From the human T2T-CHM13v2.0 reference genome, Homo sapiens: a DNA stretch of 64,000 nt. The DNA lies in NCBI RefSeq assembly GCF_009914755.1, contig NC_060932.1. The stretch is one strand, 5' to 3'. Below the pieces are notes generated by a model that saw only the letters and a program-made list of their open reading frames with translations, had not been told where the DNA came from and made no database searches. Shown piece after piece: positions 14,326 through 29,619 of this stretch (position 1 is its first letter; every line of letters begins with the position of its first letter). A program made the position numbers and the translations under genes.

Positions 14326-15034
14326 CTACCACTTCCTCCTTCATTTCTTATTGTAAAAGGATCATGCTTTCTTGAGTTTTATTGAGTGCACAAAGCAGAT
14401 GCACTCTGAGTATTACATGTTTCCCACCATGCAGCTGTTTAAAAAGTGTTCTTTGGTTCTCAAGGGCTGTTTTCTTCTTTTTGTGTTGCTGAATCTTTTT
14501 GAAGATGCAGTGTCTCTGTGTGTATATGTGCCTGTGTGTGTGAGTACACGTGTTAACACATGTGCTTAGCAGGCTGTAGTTTGGTTTTGAATGATGGGCA
14601 CACTATCTTGGTCTGATATTACATCTGAAGAGAGTGAGTTTCTCTTCAATTGCCTTATTCAGCATGGTGGAATGCTATTGAAATCCTTCTCTCAAGCTCA
14701 AGCTGGAAGGCAGTTCGAGGTACATTTCCATCATCAGTTCAGTGGTCTAGCAATTTGAGATGAGTGGGGACAGGAGACATGTAAATGAACCTTGTAGGGA
14801 AGTTTTCACTTTCTACCTTTTATATGTTTAGTGTAGCAGCTGCACCAGACACATGGATCATCTTTCTATTTGACATTATTTCTTTGGTGGGAAGAGCAGG
14901 CTTTACCAAGCCACATAGTTGGACTTCATTGTTCCTTTCCTTAGTATTCCTGACTGCCACTCCTAACAGCCACCTCACTGACTTTCTGCTTGTGTGTTTG
15001 TTATAGCTTAGTATTTCCCCCACGATACTGTGCT

Positions 15035-15170
15035 CTTTGCCTTGGTCAAGTTACTTCACCTCTCGGTGTTAAAATAATAGTAACTACCTCATAGGGTTGT
15101 TGCAAGAATTAAATGACTTAATACATTCAAAGCTCTTAGAACCATGTCTGACACGCAGCACATATTCAGT
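15035..15170 (+). mobile_element. MIR
   Basis: ccttggtcaagttacttcacctctc...aaaataatagtaactacctcatagggttgttgcaagaattaaatga. Confidence 0.8.
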
Positions 15171-15875
15171 AAGGATTATCTGAATGGGAACCTACCCTTC
15201 CCAGCTGCAACAAGGCACCCAAACCCCCTGCTGACGGCTGAGTGAGAAGCCAGAACTGTCATCTCCATCATGTGGTAACAAGCTCCCCCTGCCCCCGCCA
15301 TGATGTCAGTAGAGACCATGTAGGGAGCCTGGACTTCACTCTCAGCCAACAGTATGAGGCTCTGCGGTGGTGTCAGTGTTGGCCATATGGAAAGCAGTGA
15401 TGAGGTACTCTTACCCCTACCTGCCAAAGAGGTATCACTGCAGACCTAGTAGGACCCAGAACTCTTATTTCCCCCTAAAAATAAGGAGAAGCCTATACCC
15501 TTGGGTGTCAATAAGCTGAGTAAAGAACCTGGACTTTTAGCCCCACATTGCAGTCATGACGCAGTGCCCCAACCTCCCTGGCCAGAGTGGCGATGGAAGA
15601 AGCAATTTGAAATAGAGAATTTAAATAAGATCCAGATCTTCATAACATAATACACCAAATGTTCACATTTCAATTGAAAAATCCCTAGCATACAAAGAAC
15701 AAGGAAGAACTCAAACTGCATGAAAAAAGAAATCAATAGATGCCCATACAGGATGACAAAGATGTTAGAATTATCTGAGAAATAGTTTAAAGCAGCCATC
15801 ATAAACATGTTTTATTGAACAATTAAAATCATGCTTGAAACAATCAAAAAAGAAGAAAGTCTCAGCAAAGAGCTA

Positions 15876-16052
<177 letters not shown>

Positions 16053-16485
16053 TTAGTGGATAGATGCAACAGCAGAATGAAGACAAAGAGAAAATATTAG
16101 TGAACTGAAATATAGAACAATAATAATACTCCATCTAAAAAAGAGAAATAGACTGAAAAAAAAAATGAAAAGGAACCGGTGGGACTATAACAAAAGATCT
16201 AACACTCTACTCATTGAATTCCTGGAAGGAGAGGAGAAAGAGGGCAGGCTGAAAAAGTACTCAAAGATGTAATGGGTGAAATCCTCCAAACCGTCAAAAG
16301 TGTAAACTGAAAGATTCAAAAAGCTGAAAAAACCCCAAGCAGGATGAACCCCCAAAACCCACACCTACACACATCATAGACAACATCTGAAAACTAAAGT
16401 CTAAGAAAAACACCTTGAAAGTACCAAGATCGAAATGATACCTTGCCTATAAGAGAGAAGCAATTCAAATGAAAATAAATTTATC

Positions 16486-16898
<413 letters not shown>

Positions 16899-19800
16899 TC
16901 AGAAATGAGGAGAAATCAAGACATTATCAGATGAAGGAAAACTAAGATAATTTGTCCCTAGATAATTTGTCTAGTTTAAAACTAGAAAGAAGGTTCTCTA
17001 AACATGAAATTAATGATAAGGAAGAAATCTTGAAACAAAAAAAAGACAAAAAATATAGGTATATATGGTAGACTTGCCTTCTCTTAAGTCTTCTGAATTA
17101 TGTTTGACAGTTAAAGCAAAAATTATAACACTGACTGATATGGTTATAAATGTGTGTAGAAGAAATATTTAAAGCAGTTATATTCTGAATGAGGAAGGAT
17201 AAAGTTACAAGAAAGTAAGGTTTCTATACTTTACTAAAACTATTAATAGTAAAATGAGGACACCATTAGAATGTGAAGTTATGCATATATAATGTAATAT
17301 ATAGAGCAACCACTAAAAGAACTATACAAGTAGACACACCCAAAACAACAATAGATAAATACAGATAAAATTATAAAAAATATTTAAGTAATCCAATAGG
17401 AAAGTAGGAAAAAAAGAGAAATAAAAAACAGATATAAAAAACTGAAAAGAATTGGCAGATAAATCTTAACACATCAATGTTCACATTCAGTGTAAATTAT
17501 GTAAATACACCAATTAAAAGAAAAAATATTGCTAGTGTGGCTTAAAAACATGACCCAGATATATGCTATCTACCAGGAATTCACTTTGAAAAGATCAGTA
17601 AAATCGACACATATATAGCAAGACTAACAAAGAAAAAAAGAGAGAAGACCCAGATGTAGCAATGCACCATATGTACCAATGTTAGAAACAAAACATGGCT
17701 ATTAGTCAGAACGTGCAGATATCAAAAGGATTATAAGGAAAAATTATGCACAACTCTAAACACATAAATTTGACAACTTAGATGAAATGAACCAATTCCT
17801 ATTAAAATATAAACTACCACCACTCGCCTCATTTGAAATTGATCACTTGAATAGCCCTATAATTATTCAGAAAAAAAATGAATTCAAAATTTCCCAGAGA
17901 AGAATCCAGATGCAGATGTTTTTACAGGAAAATTCTACCAAATTTTATTTATTTATTGTTTACTTATTGTTTTTATTTTTTATTTTTTGTGGGTACATAG
18001 TAGGTATATATATTTATGGATTACATGAGATATTTTGATAAAGGCATGCAATGCATGATAATCAAATCAGGGTAAGTAAAGTATCCATCCCTTCAAGCAT
18101 TTATCATTTGTGTTACAAACCAATTTTACTCTCCTAATTACTTTAAAATGTACAATTAAATTATTTTTGACTATAGTCACACTGTTGTGTTAGTAACTAC
18201 TAGGTCTTATTTATTCTTCCTATTTTTTGTACCCATTAACCATCCCCACTTCTGTCCCACACCACCCCAACTACCCTTCCTAGCCTCTGCTATCCATCCT
18301 TCTTCCTTCTATCTTCGTAAGTTCAATTATTTTAATTTTTAGCTCCCATAAATAAGTGAAAACCCTCGAAGTTTGTCTTCCTGTGCCTGGCCTATTTCAC
18401 TTAATATAATGACTTCCAGTTCCATCCTTGTTGTTACAATTGACAGGATCTCATTCTTTTTTATGGCTGAATAGTACTCCATCATGTATATGTACCAGAT
18501 TTTTTTTTCTCCATTCGTCTGTTAATGGACACTTAGGTTGCTCCCAAATCTTGGCTATTGTGAATAGAGCTGCAATAAACATGGGAGTGCAGATATCTCT
18601 TCAATATACTGATTTCCTTTCTTTTGGACATATACCTAGGAATAGGATTGCTGGACCATATGGTAGCTCTATTTTTAGTTTTCTGAGGAACTTCCAAACT
18701 GTTTTCCATAGTGACTGTACTAATTTACATTCCAACCAACAGTGTATGAGGGTTCCCTTTTCTCCACATCCTTGCCAGCATTTATTATTGCCTGTCTTTT
18801 TGATAAAAGCCATTTTAACTGGGGTGAGATGATATATCATTGTAGTTTTTGATTTGCATTTCTCTGATGATCAGTGATGTTGAGCACCTTTTCATATATC
18901 TGTTTTTGATTTGTATGTCTTCTTTTGAGAAATGTCTTTCAGGTCTTTTGCCGGTTTTAAAATCAGATTATTAGATTTTTTTTCCTATAGAATTGTTTGA
19001 GCTCCTTACATACTCTGGTTATAAATCCCTTGTCAGATGGATAGTTTGCAAATATTTTTTTCCCATTCTCTGGGTTGTCTTTTCACTTTGTTGATTGTTT
19101 CTTTTCTGTGCAGAAGCTTTTTAACTTGATGTAATCCTATTTTCCTATTTGTCCATTTCTTTCATTGGTTGACTATGCTTGTGGGGTATTACTCAAGAAA
19201 GCTTTGCCCAGTTCAGTTTCCTGGAGAGTTTCCTTAACGTGTTCTGGTAGTAATCTTATAATATGAGGTCTTAGATTTAAGTCTTTCATCAATTTTAATT
19301 TCATTTTTGTATATGGTGAGAGACAGTGGTCTAGTTTCATTCTTCTGCATGTGGATATCCAATTTTCCCAGCACCATTTATTAAAGAGACTATCCTTTCC
19401 CCAATGTATGTTGGCACCTTTGTCAAAAATTACTTCACATAAATGTATGCATTTATTTCTGGTCTTTTCCACTGGTCTGTGTGTCTGTTTTTATGCCAGT
19501 ACTATGCCATTCTGGTTACTATAGCTCTGTAATTTAATTTTTAAAAAATAATTTAAAGTCAGGAAATGTAGATTCCTCTAGTTTTGCTCTTCTTCCTTAG
19601 GACAGATTTGGCTATTGGTGGTCTTTTGTTGTTCCACATACATTTTAGGATTTTTTCTATTTCTGTTAAGCATGTCATTGGAATTTTGATTGGGATTACA
19701 TAGCTTTGGGTAGTATAAACAGTGTAACAATATTGATTCATCCAATTCATGAACATGGAATATTTTTCCATTTTTTGGTGTCCTCTCTAATTTTTTTCAT

Positions 19801-21009
19801 CATCGTTTTATAGGTTTCATTACAGAGATCTTTCATGTCTTTGGTTAGGTTAATTCCTAGGTATTTAATTTTATTTGTGGCTATTGTAAATGGGATTACT
19901 TTTTAAAATTTCTTCTTCAGGTTGCTCACTGTTGGCATAGAGAAATGCTGCTGATTTTTGTATGCTGATTTTGTATCCAGAAACTTTGCTGAATTTGTTT
20001 ATCAGTTCTAATAGTTTTTTTTTTTTTGGTGAGTTATTAGGTTTTTCTTATAAGAAGACATCATCTGTGAACAGGAATAATTTGACTGCTTCCATTCCAA
20101 TTTGGATGCCCTTTATTTATTCCTTTTGTCTGATTGCTCTAGCTAAAAGTTCCTATACTATGTTGAAAAACAGTGGTAAAAGTGGGCATCCTTGTCATGT
20201 TCCAGATCTTAGGGGAAAGGCTTTCAATTTTTCGCCATTCAGTATGATTCAAGCTATGTGTCTGTTAAGTATGGCTTTTATTATGTTGAAGTATGTTCCT
20301 TCTATACCCAGTTTTATGAGGGTTTTTATCATAAAGTGATGTTGAATTTTATCAAATGCTTTCTTCAGCATCAATTGAAATGATCATATGGTTTTTATCC
20401 TTCGTTCTATTGATCTGATGTATCACATTAATTGATTGGCCTATGTTGAAACATCCTTGCATTTCTGGGATAAATCCCACTTGGTCATGATGAATGATCA
20501 TTTTAATGTATTGTTGAATTTCGTTTGCTAGTATTTTGCTGAAGATTTTTGCACTAATATTCATCAGTGATATTGGCTTGTAGTTGTTGTTGTTGTTGTT
20601 TTGATGTGTCTTTGTCTGGTTTTGATATCAGGGTAATACTGGCCTTGTAAGAGGAATTTGGGAGTATTCCCTCCTCCTCTATTTTGTGGAATAATTTGAG
20701 TAAGATTAGTATTAGTTCTTTAAATGTTTGGTAGAATTCAGCAGTGAAGCCATCAGGTCCCAGGCTTTTCTTTGCTGGGAGACATTTTATTATGGCTTCA
20801 ATTCCATTACTTGTTATTGGTCTGTTTAGGTTATGAATTTCTTCATGGTTCAATCTTGGTAGGTTTTATGTGTCTAGGAATTTGTTCATTTCTTTTAAAT
20901 TTTCCAACTTATTGGCATATAGTTGCACATAGTGGCCATTGATGATCCTCTGAATTTCTTCAGTGTCAGTTATAATGTCTTCTTTTTCATCTCTGATTTT
21001 ATTTGTGTC

Positions 21010-21304
21010 TTTTTTTTTTTTTTTGAGATGGAGTCTTGCTCTGTCACCCAGGCTGGAGTGCAGTGGTAAAATCTCAACTCACTGCAACCTCAGCCTTCTG
21101 GGTTCAAGCGATTCTCCTACCTCAGCCTCCTGAGTAGCTGAGATTATAAGTGTGTACCACCACACCCAGCTAATTTTTGTATTTTTAGCAGAGATGGGGT
21201 TTCACCATGTTGGTCAGGCTGGTCTCGAACTCCTGACCTCATGATCCACCTGCCTCGGCCTCCCAAAGTGCTGGGATTACAGGTGTGAGCCACCGTGCCC
21301 AGCC
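21010..21304 (-). mobile_element. Alu (AluS) inside L1MA ORF2
   Basis: Antisense dimeric Alu with T-tract. Confidence 0.95.
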
Positions 21305-22349
21305 ATCTTCTTTTTACTTAGTCTGGCTAAAGGTTTGTCAATTTTGTTTATCTTTTCAAAAAACCAAATTTTTGTTTTGTTAATTTTTGTATATTTTTCT
21401 TTAGTTCAAATTTATTTATTTATGTTCTGATCTTTATTATTTATGTTTTTCTACTAATTTGGGGTTTAACTCATGATTTTCTCTTTCTCTAAGATGCATT
21501 GTTTCATTGTTTATTTGAAGTTTCTCTTCTTTTCGGATGTAAGCACTTACAGCTATAAGCTTTTCTCTTAGTATTGCTTTCACTATATACCATAGGTTTT
21601 GGTATATTGTGTTACCATTATTATTTGTTTCAAGAAATTTTTCCATTTTCTTCTTAAATTCTTCATTGACTGACTGGTCATTCTGAAGCACATTGTTTAA
21701 TTGCCATGTGTTTGCATGGTTTCCAAAATTACTCTTGTTATTGATTTCTAGTTTTAGTCCACTGTGGTCAGAGAAGAAGCTTGGCATTATTTCAATTTTT
21801 TTAATGTTTTAAGATTTGTTTTGTGACCTAGTATATGGTCTACCTTTGAGAATGATCCATGTGCTGAGGAAAAGAATGTTTATTCTGCAGCCATTGAATG
21901 AAATGTTGTATAAATACCTATTAGGTCCATTTGCCCTATGTGCAGATTAAATCTGATGTTTCTTTGTTGATATTTTTGTCTAGGAGATTTGTTCAATGCT
22001 ATAAGTCAGGTGTTCAAGTCCCAGCTATTATTGTATTGGGGCCTATCTCTTTCTTTAGCTCTAAAAATATTTGTTTTTTATATATGGGTGCTCCAGTATT
22101 GGGTGCATATATATTTATAATTGTCATATCCTCTTGCTGAATTGACCCCTTTATCATCATATAGTAACCTTCTTTGTCTCTTCTTGTAGTATTTGACTCA
22201 AAATCTATTTTGTCTGATATAAGTATGGCTACTCCTGCTCTTTTTTGGTTTCCATTGGCATGGAATATTTTTTTTCATCTTTTTATTTTCAGTCTATGTG
22301 TTTCTTTATAGGTGAAGTGTGTTTCCTGTAGGTAACATATCACTGGGTC

Positions 22350-22385
22350 TTGGTTGGTTGGTTGGTTGGTTGTTGTTGTTGTTGT
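22350..22385. repeat. (TTGG)n/(TTG)n simple repeat
   Basis: Direct reading. Confidence 0.85.
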
Positions 22386-25300
22386 TTTTTGCCATAAAGC
22401 CACACTGTCTTTTGATTGGAGTGTTTAGTCTGTCTACATTCAGTGCTATCATTGATAAGAAAGCACTTCCTCCTGCCATTTTGTTATTTGTTTTCTGGTT
22501 GTTTTGTGGTGTTCTCTTCCTTCTTCCCTTCATTCCTATCTCTTTTTAGTGAGGTTATTTTCTCAATTAGCATAATTTAATTACTTGATTTTTATTTTTT
22601 GTGTATATGTTGTATGCTTTTTGATTTGAAGTTTTCATGAGGCTTGAGGCTTGCACATACTATCAAGTAACCTATTATTTTAAGCTGATAGCAACTTAAC
22701 ATTGCCTACGTCTACAAATGAACAAGCCAAAAAAAAAAAAAAACTAATAAAAACTCTACACTTTAACTTGGTCCGACCACTTTCTAATGTTTTGCTGTTT
22801 CTATTTATCTTATTATACTGTCTATATCTTGAAAAATTCTAGCTAATTTTTTTTATTGGTTCAACTTTTAGTTTTCCTACTGAAGATGAGGAGTTTGTGC
22901 ACCACAGTTACAGTGTTATATTATTCTGTGTCTTTCTGTGTATTTACAATTACCCGGGATTTTTGCACCTTCAGCTTATTTCTTACTGCTCATTAACATC
23001 GTTTTCTTTCTAATTGAAGTAATCCCTTTAGCATTTCATATAGGACAAATCTTGTGTTGATAAAATACCACATTTTGTTTTTCTGGGAAAGTCTTTGTTT
23101 CTCATTCATGTTTGAATCATATTTTCACCGGATATGCTATTCTAGGGTAAAAGGATTTTTTTTGCCCTCAGCACTTTAAATACGTCATGCCACTCTCCTG
23201 GTCTCTAAGGCTTCTACTGAAAAGCCTGCTGCCTGACATATTGGAGCTCTATTGTATGTCATCTGTTTCTTTTATCTTGTGGATTTTAGGATCCTTTCTT
23301 TTTTCTTGACTTTTTGGAGTTTGATTATTAAATGCCTTGAAGTACACTTCTTTGAGTTAAATCTGCTTGGTTTTCTATAACCTTCATGTACTTGGATATT
23401 GATATCTTTCTCTAGGTTTAGGAAGTTCTCTGATATCCCCTTTAATAAAATTTCTATCCCTACCTCTTTCTCTATCTCCTCTTTAAGGCCAATAACTCTT
23501 AAATTTGCCTTTTTGAGGCTATTTTCTCGATTCTGTAGATGTGCTTCATTTGTTTTTGTCTCCTCTTACTGTGTATTTTCAAACAGCCTGTCTTCAAGCT
23601 CACCAGTTATTTCTTCTGCCATTAAAAGATTCTGACTTATTATTCACTATGTCAATTACATTTTTCAATTCCAGAATTTCTGTGTCTTTCTATGTGGTTT
23701 AATTATTTCAATCTCTTTGTTAAATTATCTGATAGAATTCTGAACTCCTTCTCTGTGTTATCTTGAATTTCTTTGAGTTTCCTCAACACAGCTATTTGAA
23801 TTCTGTCTGAAATGTCACATGTCTCTCCTCCAGAACTGGTCCAATGTGCCTTATTTAGTTCACTTGGTAAGGTCATGTTTTCCTGGATGGTCTTGATGCT
23901 TGTGAATGTTCACCTGTGTCTTGGCATTGACGAGTTAGGTATTCATTGTAGTCTTGGCAGTTTGGGCTTGCTCGTACTTAATCCTTCTTGAGAAGGCTTT
24001 CCAGGTATTTGAAAGGACTTGGGTATTTTAATCTAAGCTGTATCTGCATTAGAGGGCACCCAAGGCCAGGAACACTGTGGTTCTTGCAAACTTGTAGACA
24101 TACTGCCTTGATGGTCTTAAATAAGATTTGGAAGAATTCTCTGAATTACCAGGCCAAGACTCTTGTTCTCTTCCCTTACTTTCTCCCAAACAGAGCCTAT
24201 CTCTCTGTTCTATGCTGACTGGAATTGGGGGTGGGGGTGACATAAGCACTCCTGTGGCCACTACCACTGGGACTCTGTTGGGTCAGATCTGAAGCCAGCA
24301 GAGTACTGAGTCTCACCCAAGGCCTGCTGTAACCACTATCTGGCTAACCACTACCTGGCTATCACCTATGTTTGCTCAAGGCTCTGGGGCTATATAATCA
24401 GCAGGTGGCAAAGCCAGCCAGGCTTGTGTCCTTCCCTTTAGGATGTGAGTTCTGCCTGCCCTAGCAGATTCAGAGGTGCCCTCTGGGAATAAGGGACTAG
24501 AATTTAAAACCTTAGAAGTCTACCTGGGGTTCTGTTGTACTAGAGCTAAGCTGTCACTCAAACCATGAAATGCAGTCCTTTTTACTCTTCCTTCTCCTTT
24601 CCAAAGGTGAGAAGCTTCACCCAACGGTCACCATCACAAGTCCATGTAGAGTACTGCCAGGCAACTGCCGATATACTCTTAAAGTCCAGGAGCTCTTCAG
24701 TCAGTTTGTGGTGAATGCTTCCAGGCCTAGGGCTCATGCCTCAGGGCAGTAGACTCCCCTCTGGTCCAGGTCAGGTCCAGGAATCCCATCCGGGAGCCAA
24801 GGCCTGGAATCGGGGGCCCCAAGAGCCTGCTTGATGCTCTACCCTACTGTGGCCAAGCTGGTACCTAAGGTGAAAGACAAAGTCTCCTTTCCTTTTCCCT
24901 CTGCTTTTCTCAAGCAGAAAGTGACTCTCATATCCACCACAGCTAAGAATGTTCTGAGTCTCACCTAAAGCCAACCAGTCTCAGCATCACACCCAAGGCA
25001 CATGGCATACTACCTAGGTATCACTGCTGTTTGCTCTCTGAATTACCAGGGCCTAAGGGCTCTCTAGGCAGCAGGTAATTAATCCTGTCACGACTGGGTT
25101 CTTCCCTTCAAGGCAATTGGTTCCCTTCTGGTCCAGGATATGTCTAGAAATATCATCTGAGAACTAGGGCTTAGAAAGGGAACCTCATGACTCTATCCTG
25201 CTGTGGCTGAGCTGGTATCCAAAATGCAAGCCAAAGTCCTATTTACTCTTCCATCTCCTCTCCTCAACTGGAAGAAATATGGGTCTCTTTTAGAGCTACG

Positions 25301-26015
25301 AGCTGTGCAGCCTGGGGTTGGCTGGGCAGGGCGCGGGGGGTGGGGGGAGGGGGAACGGGTTGGGGGACGGTGCGGCACAAGTACTCTCTTAGCTCCCCTT
25401 AGCTGCCCCAGCTGTTATCTCAATAGGGCACATGCCTCTGAAGTCCACTTGCTGTGAGCCTTGTTCAGCACTAGGACTCATCTATGAGTTGCAGTCCTTG
25501 TGGTCTAGACTGCTCTTCAAGCTCATTTAGCGCCCCAGAGCACTTTAGCCCATGGTGATATGGGTTGCTGGAACTCAAGTTTCCACCACTGGGATGGGTG
25601 ATTCCCCTTTGGCTAGGTCTGGTTTAAATGCTCCCTGTATAGGCAGACATCAACTGTGTTCATCCTGGTTTTGCTTTCTGCTGTAACAGGGCAGCATTGA
25701 GTTCAATGCAACATCTCACAATCCCTGTGCTCACCCTCTCCCAAGAGCATAGATTATCTCTCTGTATCACACAGCTGCTGCCAGGGGTTAGGGGAGAAGT
25801 GTCATTGATGATTCAAGACTGTCTTTCCTACCCTCTTCCAGTACCTCTTTCTGTGATGTGAAGTTAAAACCAGCTACTGCAAGTTCTCACCTGATTTTTG
25901 GTTCTTATGAAGGTGATTTTTTGTGTGTAGATAGTTGTTAAATTGGGGTCCTTCGGTGGGGGTTGGGGGGTGCAGGGACAGTGAAGCCTTCTTTTTGGCC
26001 ATCTTGCTCTATCCC

Positions 26016-26715
26016 TCTACCAAAATTTAAAGAAGAATTAATCCTAATTCTACAGAATTTCTTCAGAAAATAAAAGAGGAAGAAGCACTTTCTAATACAT
26101 TTTGTGAAGTTATTATTACGCTGATAACAAAACCAGACAAAAAGAGCATAGCAAAAGAAAACCACAAACCAATACCATACACAAATGTTTATAGCAACTA
26201 TGTTTCTTATAGCTGAAAACTGCAAAAAATTCAGATGTCCTTCAATAGGTGAATCATTTAAATAAACTGTAGTGTATCCACATAATGGAAGACTATTCAG
26301 CAACAAAAGGAATGGACTACACATATACACAACTACCTGAAGGAACCTCCAGAGCATTATGTTAAGCATTGTGTTAAAAAAAAGATCTCAGTCACAAACT
26401 GTATGATTCCATTTATATAAGATTCTTGACATGACAAAACTGTAGAAATCAACAACAGATTAATGGTGTCCCAGTTAAGAAGAGGATGAAAGGGAAATGG
26501 ATGCAGCATTGAAAGGGCAGCATGAGGTATCCTGTGGTGATGAAACTGTTCTGTATCTGGACTCATCAATGTCACTATTCTGGTTGTGATATTATACCCG
26601 CTTTGCAAGTGTTATTGGAGAAAAATAAGTAAAGGGTACACTGGATCTCTAATGTTATTTCTTACAACTGCATGTGAATCTACACTTATGCAAAATAAAA
26701 AGGTAATTTAAAAAA
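26016..26715 (+). mobile_element. L1MC1/2-type LINE, 3' part
   Basis: Resumes ORF2 (FKEELILIL...), jumps to the 3' region; terminus tttcttacaactgcatgtgaatctac...aaaataaa is typical of L1MC1/2. Confidence 0.8.
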
Positions 26716-28889
26716 CTAATCTCTCTTCCCACAAAAGGACACTGCAAATTTAAACCCATTCGTGTCTTAGAATTTCAAATGACTAAACGAAATCAAGAAA
26801 ACTTAGAATGATAAAAAGGAACGTTAAAGAATATTGCATGTATACAATTTTAACAAAGCACTGATAAATATTCACTTCAGCTCAAGTCAACTATTTTGCA
26901 ATGATTTTGTGAATGTTGACAGTTATGGGGTACTAGAAATGTGCATTTGTTTTAATTGGGGGTAATGACTTAAACTGTTAACTCTAAATTTCTTTTAAAA
27001 CCTATCTTTCAGGCAGTAGATTAGATAATCAGCTGAGCAGCTGAGTCATGATAGCAAATAAATGTAAAACAGCTCAGGTATAATCATGTGTTAGATATAT
27101 TTATGTGGGCTTTCTTGGGCAGATGTCATTGTGTACATGAGTGTATGAGCATATAATTTGCATTTCACTTAATATATAAAACTTTTATTATCAAAATGCT
27201 CCATCCCTTTTACAGTAAAAGACGTAATTTATGACATAAAAGGCAGCTCTAAAATTCTGTAACTGAATTTATCAAGCAATGTTGAGTATTGGTAAGGAAA
27301 AGTAGAAAGAACTATAGTAGTATCATTCCAAAAAAAACCTTTCTAATTTAGTGGGGAGCAATAACAGATAAACTATACAAAGAGGGAAACTTTACTTCAA
27401 ATTTTAATTTTGCTTAGTCCAAAAGGGAATACATAATGATTTAGTTCAATAAACCCTACGGAGAAACAAAAAGATGTTTTTAATGGCATGAAAGAGGTAT
27501 AGAAGAGTCACCACAGCTGCAAATTCTTTTTAAAAATCAGGAATTTAAAAGGGACATAAACATAAAGCAAATAGTTAAAGACTTTGATGCCATTGCCAGA
27601 AAAAGCAAAGAAAAAGGAAACCAACTGCCTTCCCATCCTCTAAAAGAGAGGGCACCTACGAGAAACACTTCAGAAACTTTAACTCTTACCCACTTTGAAA
27701 GCAAAAAGAAAAATCAGATTCAAAAGAAAAAAAAGTAATAACAAATATATAAATCTTACCTTAAATCATATATATCTGACATTTTGAGGTGCGAATAATT
27801 ATAAAATGTTGTAAATAGTAATATACACTAGATGCACATATTTCCATGAAAAGCTGTATATGTGATTTCACAATTATTTTCATTAAAATCCATTCTCCTT
27901 TTCTTTAGGAAAAGAAGATTAGCTGCATCATGTGCTAAGAAAATCTACTACTCTTTAGAGAAAGTTCTTTCCATTGATAAAATATTGTTGTAAATAATGC
28001 ATTTCATAATCAGCACCTGAATTAGATACATAGTTTCAGTGGGAATTAATCAAAATTTATAGCCATGCATGCTTTACAAATTGAAATATTTAGTAAATTC
28101 TTAGTAACATGTGTGACAACTTGTGTTTAATACAGTCTTCTTCCAGTGTGCATATTAATATTTTGTTTTATCCCCTCTCTCTTATGAGAGGTAATGGAGA
28201 AAGTAACAAAATTGTGCATTTCATTGATCATATTACTTACCTATCCTGTGGCAGAATCCTGCAAATAAACTGTAATGATGGTATTTATACATATCTAGGT
28301 TAAAATGGAACCAGGCCCAAAACTTTCCTGCTCAACTTTCCATTAAAATACCCATGAAAATATAAAAGAAACCAACAATTACATCAGAAATTCAACATAA
28401 GAGAACATGACATGTCGAAAGTCTAGGTGGAATATGCACTACTTGCAAAGTTGATTAAGATGACTCACTTTGAAGGAATTGGAGAAAACCATTTTGAAAT
28501 GCCTCCAGATTGTTCAAAGAACTGGAAACTGAGTCTGTCTAGCTGGATCAGAAAATCCTATAGCTGAATCAGAAGATCCAACCTCAATTCAGGAGACTGG
28601 CATGGGAAGACTGCCAGCCAGCCATTGTAAATTCTACCAACTTGAAAATTTTGGGTTGAATCTGAGAGGGAAAATCATCTAGCACAAGTACATATTAAAG
28701 GAATCTAGATTATTCCACCTTGTCTGTTGTAAACTCCAGAAATAAATATAGCTCTCCCCTTTTAATATGAATAAACAGAAAAGAAAAGGGAGCGATTCTG
28801 TAAGTACACAAGGCAAAGAAACTATTATTTTGAAGATTAAGAAGATGATGTTTCTAATTCTAATTTTCTCTTTAAAAAGACAAACATTT

Positions 28890-29190
<301 letters not shown>

Positions 29191-29619
29191 AGACAAACAT
29201 TTTAGAAGAAATTTGATTAATGTTGCTCAAACTCTTATATGAGTTTTGTCCAAAACATATATGTCTAAATGAGCTGACTGAAGTACTAAAATAATGCAGA
29301 TTTTAAAAGATAACAGCAAAAAAAAGAATTAAGACACAGAGACTTTGCTTCATAAAATGTTTGAGACAGCTGGGAAAATTTGATTCTATATTGGGTTTTG
29401 GGGGATATTAGGGAATAATTATTAATGTATATTAATAATGAATAAATATGAACATATACATTTTTCATATTTTAAGTGATGTATGACAAACTATGGAGAA
29501 ATAAAATGACACGATGCTTGGGATTTGTTTAAAATACTTCAGCAAATACATGAAAATTAGAGAATGAATACATGATTTGCATGTGGTAAAATCTAAATAG
29601 TTACAGAGAAGTGGTGGGT

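Larger units (their letters stand above)
17948..26015 (-). mobile_element. Full-length L1MA (L1MA2-like), decayed
   Basis: 3' end ttttgtgggtacatagtagg...; ORF2 remnants ([16 protein letters not shown]-like, [15 protein letters not shown]); 5' end gagcaagatggcc; TSD tctaccaaa(a)ttt at 17934 and 26016. Confidence 0.92.

Noticed and set aside
18428-22549. ORFs with clear L1 ORF2 similarity
   Set aside because: Fragments of a frameshifted, stop-ridden L1MA interrupted by an Alu; not functional genes
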